Below, one piece after another: positions 43,366 through 53,431 of a stretch of DNA of 64,000 nt. Position numbers and translations under genes: made by a program. Each line of letters starts with the position of its first letter. The stretch's first letter is position 1. A model generated the notes under the pieces. The model searched no databases, was not told the origin of the DNA, and saw nothing but the letters and a program-made list of their open reading frames with translations. The DNA is taken from the NCBI GenBank assembly GCA_012401045.1, contig GCA_012401045.1_4704.2; one strand, given 5' to 3'. The stretch comes from a phage.

Positions 43366-45588
43366 TCAGTTAGTCTGAACCGGCAGCTTGATGTTTTCAG
43401 TGTAGACCTTACGCAGGTTCACAACGTTAATCAGACCCAGCAGCGGGCAGTTGTTAACGAAGCGGCAGCGCGGCTGAACCATGGTTTCTTTAGAAACCTG
43501 ACCGTTACGGGTAACCTGAGCAACAGATACCAGTTCCGGTACGTACAGGAACATACCGAAGGTCAGCGGATCCGGAGAACCCTGGATACCACGAGACAGG
43601 GTCACGAAGATCTTATCGCGCAGCATGACGTTCGGGTTATCTACAACCACGAAGTTGAAGCTTACACCGACGGTACGGAAATCGCCATCGGTCTGCAGGA
43701 ACTGCGGGATGTAGTTGTCAGTTGCTACTACGCAACGCGGTTTCTCATCGGCGTTGGAAGACAGCAGCTGCAGAGCTGGCTGATAACCAGACTCGGAGTA
43801 CATGCGGTATGCCATCTCACGAATCACGTTCATGATCGCAGCAGACACTTCAGCACGACGTTCTGCAGTGGTGGTACCCTGAACAGATTTCTCCAGGTCC
43901 AGATTGATTTCTTCGAACCACGGACGGATCAGGTAACGACCGAAACCTTCGATCTGGATGTCACCGAACTGACGGAAGCGAGAGGTCGCAACCGCTTTCA
44001 GTGCGTCTTTGTAGCTGAACAGTTTCTCAACCATCAGGTTGTCGAAACGTGCGTTAGCAGCTTGGATCAGAACGTCCAGGTCAGCAGCGTTTTCTTCCCA
44101 ATCCAGCGGACGAGGAATGGAGAACGGAGCCAGCAGGCCGATTGCGTAACGTTCTTGCTTCATGTTGAAGTCAAGGTGCTTACCGCGTTCACGACGGTTG
44201 CTGTTGTTACGGCGGATACGCAGTTCGTAACCAACCAGTTTGAAGCTCAGGTCTTCAGCCAGTTGTTTGAACTCTTCGCTCTTACGCGGTTGTTCGATGT
44301 TGTCCTGATCAACCAGGCGATACAGTTCAGCGTTAGCGCCGTTAACACGCAGACCCGCTTTCTCTACGTTGGAAGAACCGTAAACTTCGATCGCCAGCTG
44401 AGCAGCAGATTTCGCATCGATGATGTCCTGCAGCGCTTCGGCTTTCGCACCTTTAACGTCTTTGGTGTTCTCATCAACGAAGATGGAGTGGGTGTCGAAC
44501 GCCAGGGTCATTTTGCGGAAGTCGCCTTCCAGGGATTTCTGGAAACCGTTGGTGATCAGACCAGATACGTCGAACGGTACGTAAGAGGTTTTGCTGTGCT
44601 TGGTAGATTTGATTTCCACCAGGATTTTGGTCAGCGTGATCTGGGCGTCCAGCGCGTCGGTGTTGTCGCTATAACCGTTAGCCAGGATGCTATCGTCTTC
44701 AGCGATACCGATCATGTCGATCAGTTTATCAACAGCCAGGTAAGACGTTTTATAAGTTACGCCTTTAATTTCGATGTCGCGCGGAGCAACGATAGCTTTG
44801 TCAACGAAGTACTGCGCGTTAGCATCGTCAGCACGATAGATCGGATGCAGATCGGTCACGTCGTTGGACAGAACGTCGTTGTACATGAACGCATCCAGCA
44901 GCGGACGACGTACCCAATCAGCCGGAGTACCGTCGGCGTTACGACGCAGGTGGTTGAACACCAGCGGACGACGGAAAGATACGTCGTAACCGATCTGGTT
45001 CGGAGCCAGAACGATGGTGTTGTACAGTTCGTTACCCATGCGGCTCAGACGAGAAGCCTTCACGTTGAACACAACGGAGTACGGCATCATGTCACGCAGT
45101 TCTTTCTGGTCGTAGGACAGCTGAACCAGTTCTTCAGATTCGCAACCGCAGGAATCAGCAGCCATCATGACGAAGTTAGAGCTGTCAACTTCACGGCCAG
45201 ACGGAGTGGTGCTGATGTTCATGGAACGTGCTTGTTTAGCATATTCCACCGGGTTACCATGAGCCAGCATGATCAGTGCTGCTGCACGAGCCTGCTGTGC
45301 GTTCATGGTGAACAGCTGTTCTTCAATACGCTGCTTCTCTTCCGGAGTGGTGGTTTCGAAGCCCAGCATGGACAGAACCGGTTCTTCTGCTTTACGGATG
45401 TCGCTGCTGAAGCTCTTAACATCCATTTCGTTAACCAGTTTGTCCATGGATTTGAAATCAACCTTAGAAGCAGATTCCATAGACAGGAAGGTGTTCTCCA
45501 GACCTTTGTCTGCTGGTTTGCTACCATTAGCGGTCAGGAACTGGCGAGTGGCCGCGACCTGTTGGCTAAGAAGGGTTTTATCATTCAT
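43366..45588 (-). CDS. major capsid protein candidate (740 aa)
   Basis: Extreme highly-expressed-gene codon bias, capsid-like size for a jumbo phage, AAGGA SD, own upstream AT-rich region; could alternatively be another very abundant virion protein such as sheath. Confidence 0.5.
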   Translation of the reverse strand: MNDKTLLSQQVAATRQFLTANGSKPADKGLENTFLSMESASKVDFKSMDKLVNEMDVKSFSSDIRKAEEPVLSMLGFETTTPEEKQRIEEQLFTMNAQQARAAALIMLAHGNPVEYAKQARSMNISTTPSGREVDSSNFVMMAADSCGCESEELVQLSYDQKELRDMMPYSVVFNVKASRLSRMGNELYNTIVLAPNQIGYDVSFRRPLVFNHLRRNADGTPADWVRRPLLDAFMYNDVLSNDVTDLHPIYRADDANAQYFVDKAIVAPRDIEIKGVTYKTSYLAVDKLIDMIGIAEDDSILANGYSDNTDALDAQITLTKILVEIKSTKHSKTSYVPFDVSGLITNGFQKSLEGDFRKMTLAFDTHSIFVDENTKDVKGAKAEALQDIIDAKSAAQLAIEVYGSSNVEKAGLRVNGANAELYRLVDQDNIEQPRKSEEFKQLAEDLSFKLVGYELRIRRNNSNRRERGKHLDFNMKQERYAIGLLAPFSIPRPLDWEENAADLDVLIQAANARFDNLMVEKLFSYKDALKAVATSRFRQFGDIQIEGFGRYLIRPWFEEINLDLEKSVQGTTTAERRAEVSAAIMNVIREMAYRMYSESGYQPALQLLSSNADEKPRCVVATDNYIPQFLQTDGDFRTVGVSFNFVVVDNPNVMLRDKIFVTLSRGIQGSPDPLTFGMFLYVPELVSVAQVTRNGQVSKETMVQPRCRFVNNCPLLGLINVVNLRKVYTENIKLPVQTN

Positions 45589-45737
45589 TGAAAGTATCCT
45601 TTACAGAATTAACTTATATAAGTCGGTCGATAGACCATAGCGTACACGCGTGCATGCGCCACTATAGTATCAGTAAACACTTACCGTTATTGAGGTCGTG
45701 ATACAACACTAAAAATGCCGCATAACTTTTCCCTACG

Positions 45738-46358
45738 TCATAAACGACGCAGGCGATAATGGATGGAACGATTGGTGCAATATGAACGGAACAGCGGCAA
45801 TTGCGCAACTTCCGCAAGACTCATATTAATTCGCAGGTGTTCAATAACGGCGCTGTAGTTATCAGCAATACGATCGCTCAATAACTCTTCTGCCAATAAA
45901 GGAAGACAATCGACAACAATCGCGATCACATCCTCATTAACATAACGCACCCGAACACTCAACGGACGTTTGTCTGGGCTGTAAGTTGGATCCGCCAAAC
46001 GACGTTCAATATCACGCGGATAGCTCGTCAGTAAATGGTAATAACCATTGTCATAACGATTGATGTACTCACACAGCACATCAACATTCTTCTCTGGCGG
46101 CAAACCTGTTTCGTCATAGTGATACGCAAACATACCACCAAGCAGGTTGTTAAGATGAACCGCAGGGTTCGCTTGTTCGTGTTCTTTCGTGATGAAGAAA
46201 GGCACATTTTGAGCTGCGAAATAAAAACCTACATCATTGGGCGATAGTATGCCGAAAAGACTTTTAGGGTCTAATAACACCTGTAAGTCATCACGCGCAT
46301 TTCGAATAATCGCGTGTTCTACCCAATTCGGAACGACGAGATATCGGAGTTCCTTCAT
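45738..46358 (-). CDS. hypothetical protein (206 aa)
   Basis: ATG with AGAGGT SD; head-to-head with plus-strand gene 40 nt away. Confidence 0.5.
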   Translation of the reverse strand: MKELRYLVVPNWVEHAIIRNARDDLQVLLDPKSLFGILSPNDVGFYFAAQNVPFFITKEHEQANPAVHLNNLLGGMFAYHYDETGLPPEKNVDVLCEYINRYDNGYYHLLTSYPRDIERRLADPTYSPDKRPLSVRVRYVNEDVIAIVVDCLPLLAEELLSDRIADNYSAVIEHLRINMSLAEVAQLPLFRSYCTNRSIHYRLRRL

Positions 46359-46397
46359 TATGATTACCTCTTTGCAAGTATCGAAAGGATTGAGTCG

Positions 46398-48008
46398 ATG
46401 GACCCAAAACAGATAGCCATTAAGATTATTACGTTACTGTTTCGTAATGCACAATTGAACCATCCCGATCCCAGTACGATCGAACATGTTAAATCCGTCT
46501 TAGATAAAGTCGAACCCCCGAAAAACCATCTCGCTACAGACGTAGATAGAGAGGTTTTCAACAACCTGATGAATACCATTCATTGGATGTTGGAACAACC
46601 ATTATCGGAACCTTTCGATAAACAACAGTTGTTACAAAGGATACGTTTGGATTGCCTTGAACAAAGCAATCTTTACGAGATTCTTGCCGACGGACTGTAC
46701 GATATCGAAGACGACGCTCATATCAGTAAGGTCTGTTCACTCTATTACAACGAATTACGTAATCTGATTACCCGTCGTCGTGTTTTCGAAACCTTTAGAA
46801 ACACGTACATGGATATCAGTAACGGGCGACTTGGGGATAAAGAATTTTTCGATGCAATGGCGAATCTGAAATTATCGCTAGACAGTATCGAAATGGATAC
46901 CGAAAATCCCGAAGAGATGTCGTGTATGATTGACGGCTTTATCGCTGACAGCGAAGACGATATCGAGAAAGTCGAACGTATGTTCGTCAAAGCGATGGAA
47001 CGTAACAGTCCTGAAGGTGGATTTGTAACCGGCTGGCAAGGCTTTAATAAAATGTTGGGGTCGGTCGGCGTTTTACGTCGCGGTACCTTAGGACTGATCG
47101 GTGCAATGCAGCACCGGAACAAGTCAGGCGTGTTGTTAAAACTGTTCACACATCTGGCATTGTACAACAAACCCCATTTCTTTTTCCCGGAGCGAGCAAA
47201 GAAAGCATTACTGATTCATTTGTCGACAGAAAACGAAGTGGAAGAAAACACGCTTCAGATATACAAGAACATGCGAGAACAGGAAACAGGCGAATATGTC
47301 GATATTCGTAAGATTGACCCTCGCGAGGCATCACGTTATGTGTTGAAGGTGTTCAACGATGCGGGTTTCTCTGTTTGTATGCGTCGTGTTGATGGGATGA
47401 GTTATAAACAACTCGCTAATCTCATCGACCATTTCGAACGCATGGGTTATGAAGTCATGGCGTTGTTCATTGACTATCTGAAAATGTTCTCATCGGAAGG
47501 GTTGGATAGAAATGGACCGACCGGCGCATGGCTCCAAGAACTCTTCAACAAAGTACGTAACCTCTGCAGCGTCAAACGTATTTTAGGTATGACTGTACAC
47601 CAGCTGTCATCCGATGCGAAGATGCGTGCGCGTGATGGTAACGATGAAGAGTTTGTTGACCAGGTCGCAGGTTTAAGTTACTGGGATGGTTGTAAAGGGA
47701 TCGACCGTGAGATTGACCTTGAAGTGATTGTTGATATCGTTAAGGAGCCGGGCAAACGTCAAAGCTGGCAGGTCTTTGCGTTAGGGAAAGACCGTCAACC
47801 GGATAACGGTTCAACGAAACCTGAAGACAAACATTTCGCGATGCCATTCCAAACCATCGGGATGCTTCCTGATGATTACGGTAAGAAAGCAGTATATTGC
47901 CGCAAGGTTGGCGGACAACCTGTCTCCGAGGGAGGTAAAGGTCCGTGGAACAAGTTCGATGAAAACGCAGCACCGAGTAATGAATTACAATTTGATTTAG
48001 AATTTTAA
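46398..48008 (+). CDS. hypothetical protein (about 536 aa)
   Basis: ATG 46398 with AAAGGA SD (track start is GTG 46314 overlapping neighbour); followed by A13 tract and conserved hairpin. Confidence 0.5.
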   Translation: MDPKQIAIKIITLLFRNAQLNHPDPSTIEHVKSVLDKVEPPKNHLATDVDREVFNNLMNTIHWMLEQPLSEPFDKQQLLQRIRLDCLEQSNLYEILADGLYDIEDDAHISKVCSLYYNELRNLITRRRVFETFRNTYMDISNGRLGDKEFFDAMANLKLSLDSIEMDTENPEEMSCMIDGFIADSEDDIEKVERMFVKAMERNSPEGGFVTGWQGFNKMLGSVGVLRRGTLGLIGAMQHRNKSGVLLKLFTHLALYNKPHFFFPERAKKALLIHLSTENEVEENTLQIYKNMREQETGEYVDIRKIDPREASRYVLKVFNDAGFSVCMRRVDGMSYKQLANLIDHFERMGYEVMALFIDYLKMFSSEGLDRNGPTGAWLQELFNKVRNLCSVKRILGMTVHQLSSDAKMRARDGNDEEFVDQVAGLSYWDGCKGIDREIDLEVIVDIVKEPGKRQSWQVFALGKDRQPDNGSTKPEDKHFAMPFQTIGMLPDDYGKKAVYCRKVGGQPVSEGGKGPWNKFDENAAPSNELQFDLEF

Positions 48009-48037
48009 ACGCAAAAAAAAAAAAAGATTGTACGGTT

Positions 48038-48069
48038 CCCTCCTCCAACCCGTAAGGGAAGGAGGAAGG
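48038..48069. terminator. conserved GC-rich hairpin family copy, flanked by A13/T13 homopolymer
   Basis: CCCTCCTCC-AACCC-GTAA-GGGAA-GGAGGAAGG; preceded by 13 A at about 48012-48026. Confidence 0.5.
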
Positions 48070-48085
48070 TTTATGACCGCTTTGA

Positions 48086-48412
48086 TTAACTTATTGTCAT
48101 GAATTCATTAGGTGAAAATTTCCAGCCGTTCTCAGTGAGAAGCGTGTTGAGTTTTGCCGCAACGATAAGCCATGCATGCATGGCCGTTACATCGTATTGG
48201 CGATTCACTCGACGTTGGTTTTCGATATTGATTTGCTCCTGTTCAGTGATGTTTGGATAAAGTGCGATAGCGCTAGGTTTACCCAGCGCGCTAGTCATCA
48301 CCGCCGTACATTCACTGATAATGTTGTTTAAGTGGTAGTTATACACCGTTCCACGCATGACGCGATGACGGCATTCGATAATAGCGTCGTAAATGATTTC
48401 TCGAGTAATCAT
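48086..48412 (-). CDS. hypothetical small protein (108 aa)
   Basis: ORF in minus-strand array. Confidence 0.4.
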   Translation of the reverse strand: MITREIIYDAIIECRHRVMRGTVYNYHLNNIISECTAVMTSALGKPSAIALYPNITEQEQINIENQRRVNRQYDVTAMHAWLIVAAKLNTLLTENGWKFSPNEFMTIS

Positions 48413-48418
48413 GATAAT

Positions 48419-48820
48419 TTAAAACATACGGTCGTTTTTAGCACGGGCGTCCATTACCAGATCGTAGATGCCTGCGGTTCGTAAGCACTCTTCGTAGTAA
48501 CGATGTGTGCCTTCCTCAGCCATCCACGATAACCCTCGGCTATCCGCAACGATAACCAGTTTGTTATTGTTGAACGCACACACCACACGGTAGGTCGCGT
48601 TGTTATTCGGATCGCGAGTGATAAGTTCGTAAACGCCGTTAACAGGTTTACTGAATTCGCCGTTTAACGGAACGAGTTCGGTAGTACCTTCAGCAAACGT
48701 TACGTTGATCGGTGATGGGTCTTTAGCGATAACAGTATATTCCACATTGTGTTCTTTACTGGTCATAATACCGAAGTAAGAACTCACAGGGGAACGCGGT
48801 ACACTAAGAATATTAAACAT
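48419..48820 (-). CDS. hypothetical small protein (133 aa)
   Basis: ORF in minus-strand array. Confidence 0.4.
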   Translation of the reverse strand: MFNILSVPRSPVSSYFGIMTSKEHNVEYTVIAKDPSPINVTFAEGTTELVPLNGEFSKPVNGVYELITRDPNNNATYRVVCAFNNNKLVIVADSRGLSWMAEEGTHRYYEECLRTAGIYDLVMDARAKNDRMF

Positions 48821-48889
48821 AAATGTTGTCCTCTTAATTGGATTTAGATTGTTGGGTATGTGATTGGAAATGAAAACGTTGTTTCGGTT

Positions 48890-49459
48890 TTAGACGATGA
48901 GTGACCAGGTGGTAAGCACCCCACTTGCGAATTCGAGCTTAAGACGTTTACCGATAAGTTGTTGCTGGATCATCTTCTCGGTGATACGTCGATCATGCTG
49001 AACCGCTTTATCAAACGCTTCTTTCGCTTCAGCTTGGTAGAAGTTCGTTTCTTCGTTTTCGTCGATCTCTTCGAGAGCATCGTCGTCGATGTCAGCAAGT
49101 TTCACTCGACCGTTTTCATCAGGTTGTTCTGCAGGTTCATTGTCATACGGCGTGTCTTTTGTTGGTGCGACACGATGTTGCAACTCGACCTGCGTTAACA
49201 TGATCTCCATCTCACCATCGATAGGAATGATTTCATCGGCGCTGCCGTTTTCGGTCAGCTCGCGACTTTCCAGTAATGTCGTCGTAACAGAGAACACCTC
49301 TTCAACAGGAACCTCATCATCGTCGATGGTGTTAACCGTGTTGCTGGTAACTTCAGCAACAACCATCAAATCAAATGCGTGAGGGTCACCTGGCATTTTG
49401 ATTCCTGGAAGTTTGTTGAGGTACCAAGGATCAAGAATCATGATTTCTGGATTAAACAT
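48890..49459 (-). CDS. hypothetical acidic protein (189 aa)
   Basis: Asp/Glu-rich ORF in minus-strand array. Confidence 0.4.
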   Translation of the reverse strand: MFNPEIMILDPWYLNKLPGIKMPGDPHAFDLMVVAEVTSNTVNTIDDDEVPVEEVFSVTTTLLESRELTENGSADEIIPIDGEMEIMLTQVELQHRVAPTKDTPYDNEPAEQPDENGRVKLADIDDDALEEIDENEETNFYQAEAKEAFDKAVQHDRRITEKMIQQQLIGKRLKLEFASGVLTTWSLIV

Positions 49460-49535
49460 CGTATTTTACCTTTCTATGTTAGGTGGATTTCGGATAGAAG
49501 AATCAATGCATAAACTAATTTAAGTTTGTTAAGGT

Positions 49536-50438
49536 TTACTTAGCCTTTGAGTTATACGGACTAACATGTTGTTGTACTCGTTGGATTGTATCGTAGTACG
49601 GGTTAAGTTGATTGAACATGTTGTTGTGTGGGTGATAGCCATATGGCGCATTTTGCCTTGTTGGTGAGAAACCTTGTTGAGAAGGACGGTTTGAATTAAC
49701 CGCGAGTACGTAGTAAACCAAATTTTGGCGGTCGAACGTTCCTTCGTTTTTGAAGGTGTCGGCGTAGGCGCTTACCGCTGGAGCGAGCCTATCACCATCG
49801 GTTGTAATGATTGTGCCATCGGGATAAACTTCCCGAACGACGCACCATGTTCCGATGAGAACATCTTTGGGTGATGTATTACCGTATCCGGTTGTAACGG
49901 TAAGGTAAGTATCGAACCCTTCAGAACAACAAGGATGACGATAGATGGGTCCTGTCATTTCCAGTCTATCGGTGTCACCGCATTTCTCTATTGAGAGCGA
50001 TGATGTGTCGGTTTTGAAATTGTCAAATTCTTTCTTTAAGTCGATTACGGGTTCTTTCGTATAGTACTTCTTGATTGCTTTGACGTAAAGATCGGGAACG
50101 GTTGTCAGCAATCCGTTATACCTGATTCTCAGGTTTTCGAGTAATCCAAAGATGCTCGCGCATGCCTGTTCGCGAGGTTTTGTAAGATAAGAGATCCCCC
50201 CAGGAACGCTGGGATCTTTGAGAAAGAAGATTGCGTTATTGTCGTTGTGCGATGCGTTGAAGAAAACGATTGATTCGATATATACGGAGCATAGGCTGTC
50301 GTTGGCGTCGTCAGATAACACCCAGATGCACTCATCGGTCGTCTTGTTTAAAAGTTCTGTTTTGTCGACCAAACGTTGTTTCATTGCGAGGAAATGTGCC
50401 TGTTGTTCAGCGGATAATTCACGATAAATGGTGGTCAT
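49536..50438 (-). CDS. hypothetical protein (300 aa), paralog of 50524-51306
   Basis: Shared motif IY-x-HP-x-C ... YLT-x-T-x-G ... REVYPDG-x-I; ATG with AAGGAG SD. Confidence 0.5.
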   Translation of the reverse strand: MTTIYRELSAEQQAHFLAMKQRLVDKTELLNKTTDECIWVLSDDANDSLCSVYIESIVFFNASHNDNNAIFFLKDPSVPGGISYLTKPREQACASIFGLLENLRIRYNGLLTTVPDLYVKAIKKYYTKEPVIDLKKEFDNFKTDTSSLSIEKCGDTDRLEMTGPIYRHPCCSEGFDTYLTVTTGYGNTSPKDVLIGTWCVVREVYPDGTIITTDGDRLAPAVSAYADTFKNEGTFDRQNLVYYVLAVNSNRPSQQGFSPTRQNAPYGYHPHNNMFNQLNPYYDTIQRVQQHVSPYNSKAK

Positions 50439-50523
50439 GTTGAGCTCCTTGATTACGATAAGGATGATTGCGGTTTTGTGGTGTTGGTAGGGCCCTAAAC
50501 AAATGAACCCTACTAATATTAGG

Positions 50524-51306
50524 TTAATCGGGATCGGCGTAGAAATGGTGAGGATAGCCGGAGTACGATCCCGCGTTACCGGTTATGGATTCTTTCTGGG
50601 AATCGACGACGAGTGCATAGAACTGTCGGGAATTTGTTAGCGTTGAGAAATAAGAGGAAAGGACTTTTTCATTCAACGCATCGCAAGGTAGACAGGTGCG
50701 ACCGCAAAACGTCACGATACGGCCGTCAGGATAGATCTCACGAATCATTCTCCACTCGCCAATATCGACTGGTGATGGCGCTGCTACACCACCTGTTATC
50801 GTTAAGTAACGATCGTACGTGGTATGGCATTCAGGATGAACGTAAATCGGTTGGGCATCAATACTATCGTTTTCTGTTTGATCTTTATTCACGTATACCT
50901 CAAGGTAGATTGTTGGTAACCCGGTTAGAACGCCAGTGTCACGACGTTTTTTGGTAATCCGGGGACGGATATTATCGAGCACGCCTTCCAGTTTTTCTGC
51001 GACTTCGTCAGCCGGTAATATATACCCGTATGTTGGTTCTGGGTCATCACCGTGGCTAAATAAGATACGACAGTCGTTTTTATTAAATTCTATATCTTCA
51101 GGTGGGAAGATGATGACGCGAACCGTATGGCGTTCTGCGATATAAAATCCTTCAGGCCCCTCAGTTTTGGTAAGTGTAAAGGACCAGGATGAATGATCTT
51201 CAAGTGACGTGCCTGCCAGGAAAAAGTCCGCCCGAATTGGTGCGTTCCATTTCGCGATCATATTGGCGTGACCAATAACGCCTAATTTTTGATAAATATC
51301 TGTCAT
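50524..51306 (-). CDS. hypothetical protein (260 aa), paralog of 49536-50438
   Basis: Shared Cys/His-containing motif; ATG with GAGGA SD; promoter-like motif copy 4 upstream. Confidence 0.5.
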   Translation of the reverse strand: MTDIYQKLGVIGHANMIAKWNAPIRADFFLAGTSLEDHSSWSFTLTKTEGPEGFYIAERHTVRVIIFPPEDIEFNKNDCRILFSHGDDPEPTYGYILPADEVAEKLEGVLDNIRPRITKKRRDTGVLTGLPTIYLEVYVNKDQTENDSIDAQPIYVHPECHTTYDRYLTITGGVAAPSPVDIGEWRMIREIYPDGRIVTFCGRTCLPCDALNEKVLSSYFSTLTNSRQFYALVVDSQKESITGNAGSYSGYPHHFYADPD

Positions 51307-51361
51307 GATTGTATCCTCGGTTATTAAGAGAATTTACAACGATAACAGTAACCGCTGTTAT

Positions 51362-51385
51362 CACCTAGGTAATGTAGTCGCGAAA
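51362..51385 (-). promoter_or_regulatory. conserved 24-bp promoter-like motif, copy 4 (variant TTTCGCGACTACATTACCTAGGTG)
   Basis: About 55 nt upstream of the 51306 start, immediately downstream of a family hairpin. Confidence 0.4.
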
Positions 51386-51419
51386 TAAACTGGAGTAATG
51401 CGAAATAAGACAGCATAAG

Positions 51420-51451
51420 CCCTCTCCCAACCCGTAAGGGAAGGGAGAGGG
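51420..51451 (-). terminator. conserved GC-rich hairpin family copy
   Basis: CCCTCTCCC-AACCC-GTAA-GGGAA-GGGAGAGGG just past the stop of the 51456-52823 gene. Confidence 0.5.
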
Positions 51452-51455
51452 AATA

Positions 51456-52823
51456 TTAAACGGTTGGACGAACGGTGTTGTCTTTTTCTGGTGCAAGCCA
51501 TAACGTGACCGTACCATGGCATGTCCACTGTGGTTCACGTACAGAAGAACCTGCCATTGTAACAGCGCAATCGGTACGCATGATAACCCCGTATGCTTCG
51601 CAGAGATTGTTATCTTGCATCCACACAACTTTAGCAGGCATGCCGGGATACAACATATCCATGTTTGCGTATTCCCACACCAACTGCATTGTTCTACCGC
51701 GTAATCCAGCAGTATTACTTAATTCACGCCATCGGTTATCGGTTACGCGTCCCATCCCTTTCGCCACCTTCACGTTATCGCTACGTTCTTCAGTTACGTA
51801 CTCGCTAACGTTTACGGTACGACTGATTATCGTATCACCCCCTTTTGATAACGTCATTCCCTGACTCATCTGACTTGCCGAAACAAAACGCCCACCCGCA
51901 TTACCTAACAACGAAGCCGCGTTATTGATGTCGCTTACCGACGCCCCTCTCGTACATGCAATTTCCACGTATTTGTCACGATTGATCCAGGTCTTGTCCA
52001 TGCCCGGAAACATGTCGGCAGGATAGTTGTAAAAGATAGCCGTGCGCCGACCGTCAGAGAAACGGGTTTCGTCGTAGAGAGGATAAATATACAGATACGG
52101 AGATTGATAATAACAACCGACATCCGCTGAATAAATACCGACCTGGTTCTGGATTTTGTCTACGAGATCCATTGCGTTGGTGCCGTGCGGAAGAATAAGC
52201 AACTTGAACAGGTTGTCGTTATTCGGTGCAACAATATCCACGCCCTGCATTTTGAACCCGGTGTCGGCTTCAACCGCAGAAAGTATCTTGCTGAATTCGA
52301 GCCGTAACACATCCAGCACTTTCGACCCGGTATAGTTTTCACCGGTTTCTGATTGCATGAAGCTTTCAAGAACAGGATCGAACAGTTGAAATTGAAGATC
52401 GACCATTTGTTCGTAGTCTTTCTTCGAAGAATCGGTTGCGGTACGTTCGTCGTTAGCAGACATACGACTGTCTACGGTTGTTAAACAAACCGCTCGGTAG
52501 ACGTAAGCTTGTGCGGCATCGTCTACGGTTTGGCGTTGTCCGCGCATCAGGCTGTACGCCTGCACGATGATGCGCATTTTAAGTTGTTGTTGGTACGGTA
52601 GAATGTATTTTCCGTAACTGCCGGGCGGGAACTTTACAGAGATATAGAGTTCATCTCCAGCGTTACGTTCATAGTCTCGATACGTGTGGACTTGAGTCAC
52701 TAAAGGAACAGACACCGTCATTGACGGCGTGATTAATTCCGCGGTGACTTTATACGCAACAGCAACTGCTTCCTGCGCAAATGTACCGATATACCGTCCT
52801 AACGGCGTCTGTTTGTAATCCAT
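51456..52823 (-). CDS. hypothetical protein (455 aa), probable structural protein
   Basis: Long ORF in head-gene region; no enzyme motif. Confidence 0.5.
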   Translation of the reverse strand: MDYKQTPLGRYIGTFAQEAVAVAYKVTAELITPSMTVSVPLVTQVHTYRDYERNAGDELYISVKFPPGSYGKYILPYQQQLKMRIIVQAYSLMRGQRQTVDDAAQAYVYRAVCLTTVDSRMSANDERTATDSSKKDYEQMVDLQFQLFDPVLESFMQSETGENYTGSKVLDVLRLEFSKILSAVEADTGFKMQGVDIVAPNNDNLFKLLILPHGTNAMDLVDKIQNQVGIYSADVGCYYQSPYLYIYPLYDETRFSDGRRTAIFYNYPADMFPGMDKTWINRDKYVEIACTRGASVSDINNAASLLGNAGGRFVSASQMSQGMTLSKGGDTIISRTVNVSEYVTEERSDNVKVAKGMGRVTDNRWRELSNTAGLRGRTMQLVWEYANMDMLYPGMPAKVVWMQDNNLCEAYGVIMRTDCAVTMAGSSVREPQWTCHGTVTLWLAPEKDNTVRPTV

Positions 52824-52825
52824 GT

Positions 52826-53431
52826 TTAACGACCCCGTTGCTGTTGTTGAATGATGAATTCTTCGATCTTCGTACCACGGAATTCGCTGTGACGAACCGC
52901 TTGCAGTTGCTCTTCAACGGTTGGGCCTGCATTGAGACCACCACGACGTGCGCGGTTGATGCCGATTTTACGGCGCTGACCGATTTCACGTAAACGTGAA
53001 GATAATCCGCTCATTTCGGTTGGGTCTTTAATGCGACCGCGTGCAACGTTCCACAGACCACCCATGAACTCTTCGAGAATACGACTGGCTTCGAGAGACG
53101 GTACGCGTGCGTTAGGATCGTTTTCGAGATTGTATTTAACGTATTCCGTGTGTTCCAGAAGAAGCATGAACATCTTCATGGCGTTCACGTCAGGATTTGC
53201 AATACGCATAGGAACACCACGAGAATGTTTTTCAGCAGCCTGCGGTACGGTAAGCTGTGCGGGCACCTCTTCGTTCATGGCCATATCGTCGATTTCTGCA
53301 ACCCCTGAAGAGTAGACGCCGCTGACCTCATTGGTGTAATTGTCCACCATGAATTTACGGGGAATCCAGAATTCGAATTTACGTTCAAATAGACGTTTGG
53401 TTGGGGTATCTTTAACGTGTTGTAGACTCAT
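52826..53431 (-). CDS. hypothetical protein (201 aa)
   Basis: ATGA start/stop overlap with upstream gene. Confidence 0.45.
   Translation of the reverse strand: MSLQHVKDTPTKRLFERKFEFWIPRKFMVDNYTNEVSGVYSSGVAEIDDMAMNEEVPAQLTVPQAAEKHSRGVPMRIANPDVNAMKMFMLLLEHTEYVKYNLENDPNARVPSLEASRILEEFMGGLWNVARGRIKDPTEMSGLSSRLREIGQRRKIGINRARRGGLNAGPTVEEQLQAVRHSEFRGTKIEEFIIQQQQRGR

Noticed and set aside
43291-45591. 766-aa plus-strand ORF
   Set aside because: Antisense shadow of the strongly codon-biased minus-strand capsid-like gene; low-complexity, biased composition (R/V/F/Q rich) and no RBS; the minus-strand frame has the RBS and coherent protein-like sequence.
48012-48026. A13/T13 homopolymer tract as a slippage or phase-variation site
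   Set aside because: Intergenic, between a stop codon and a hairpin; more likely part of a bidirectional terminator U-tract than a translational switch.
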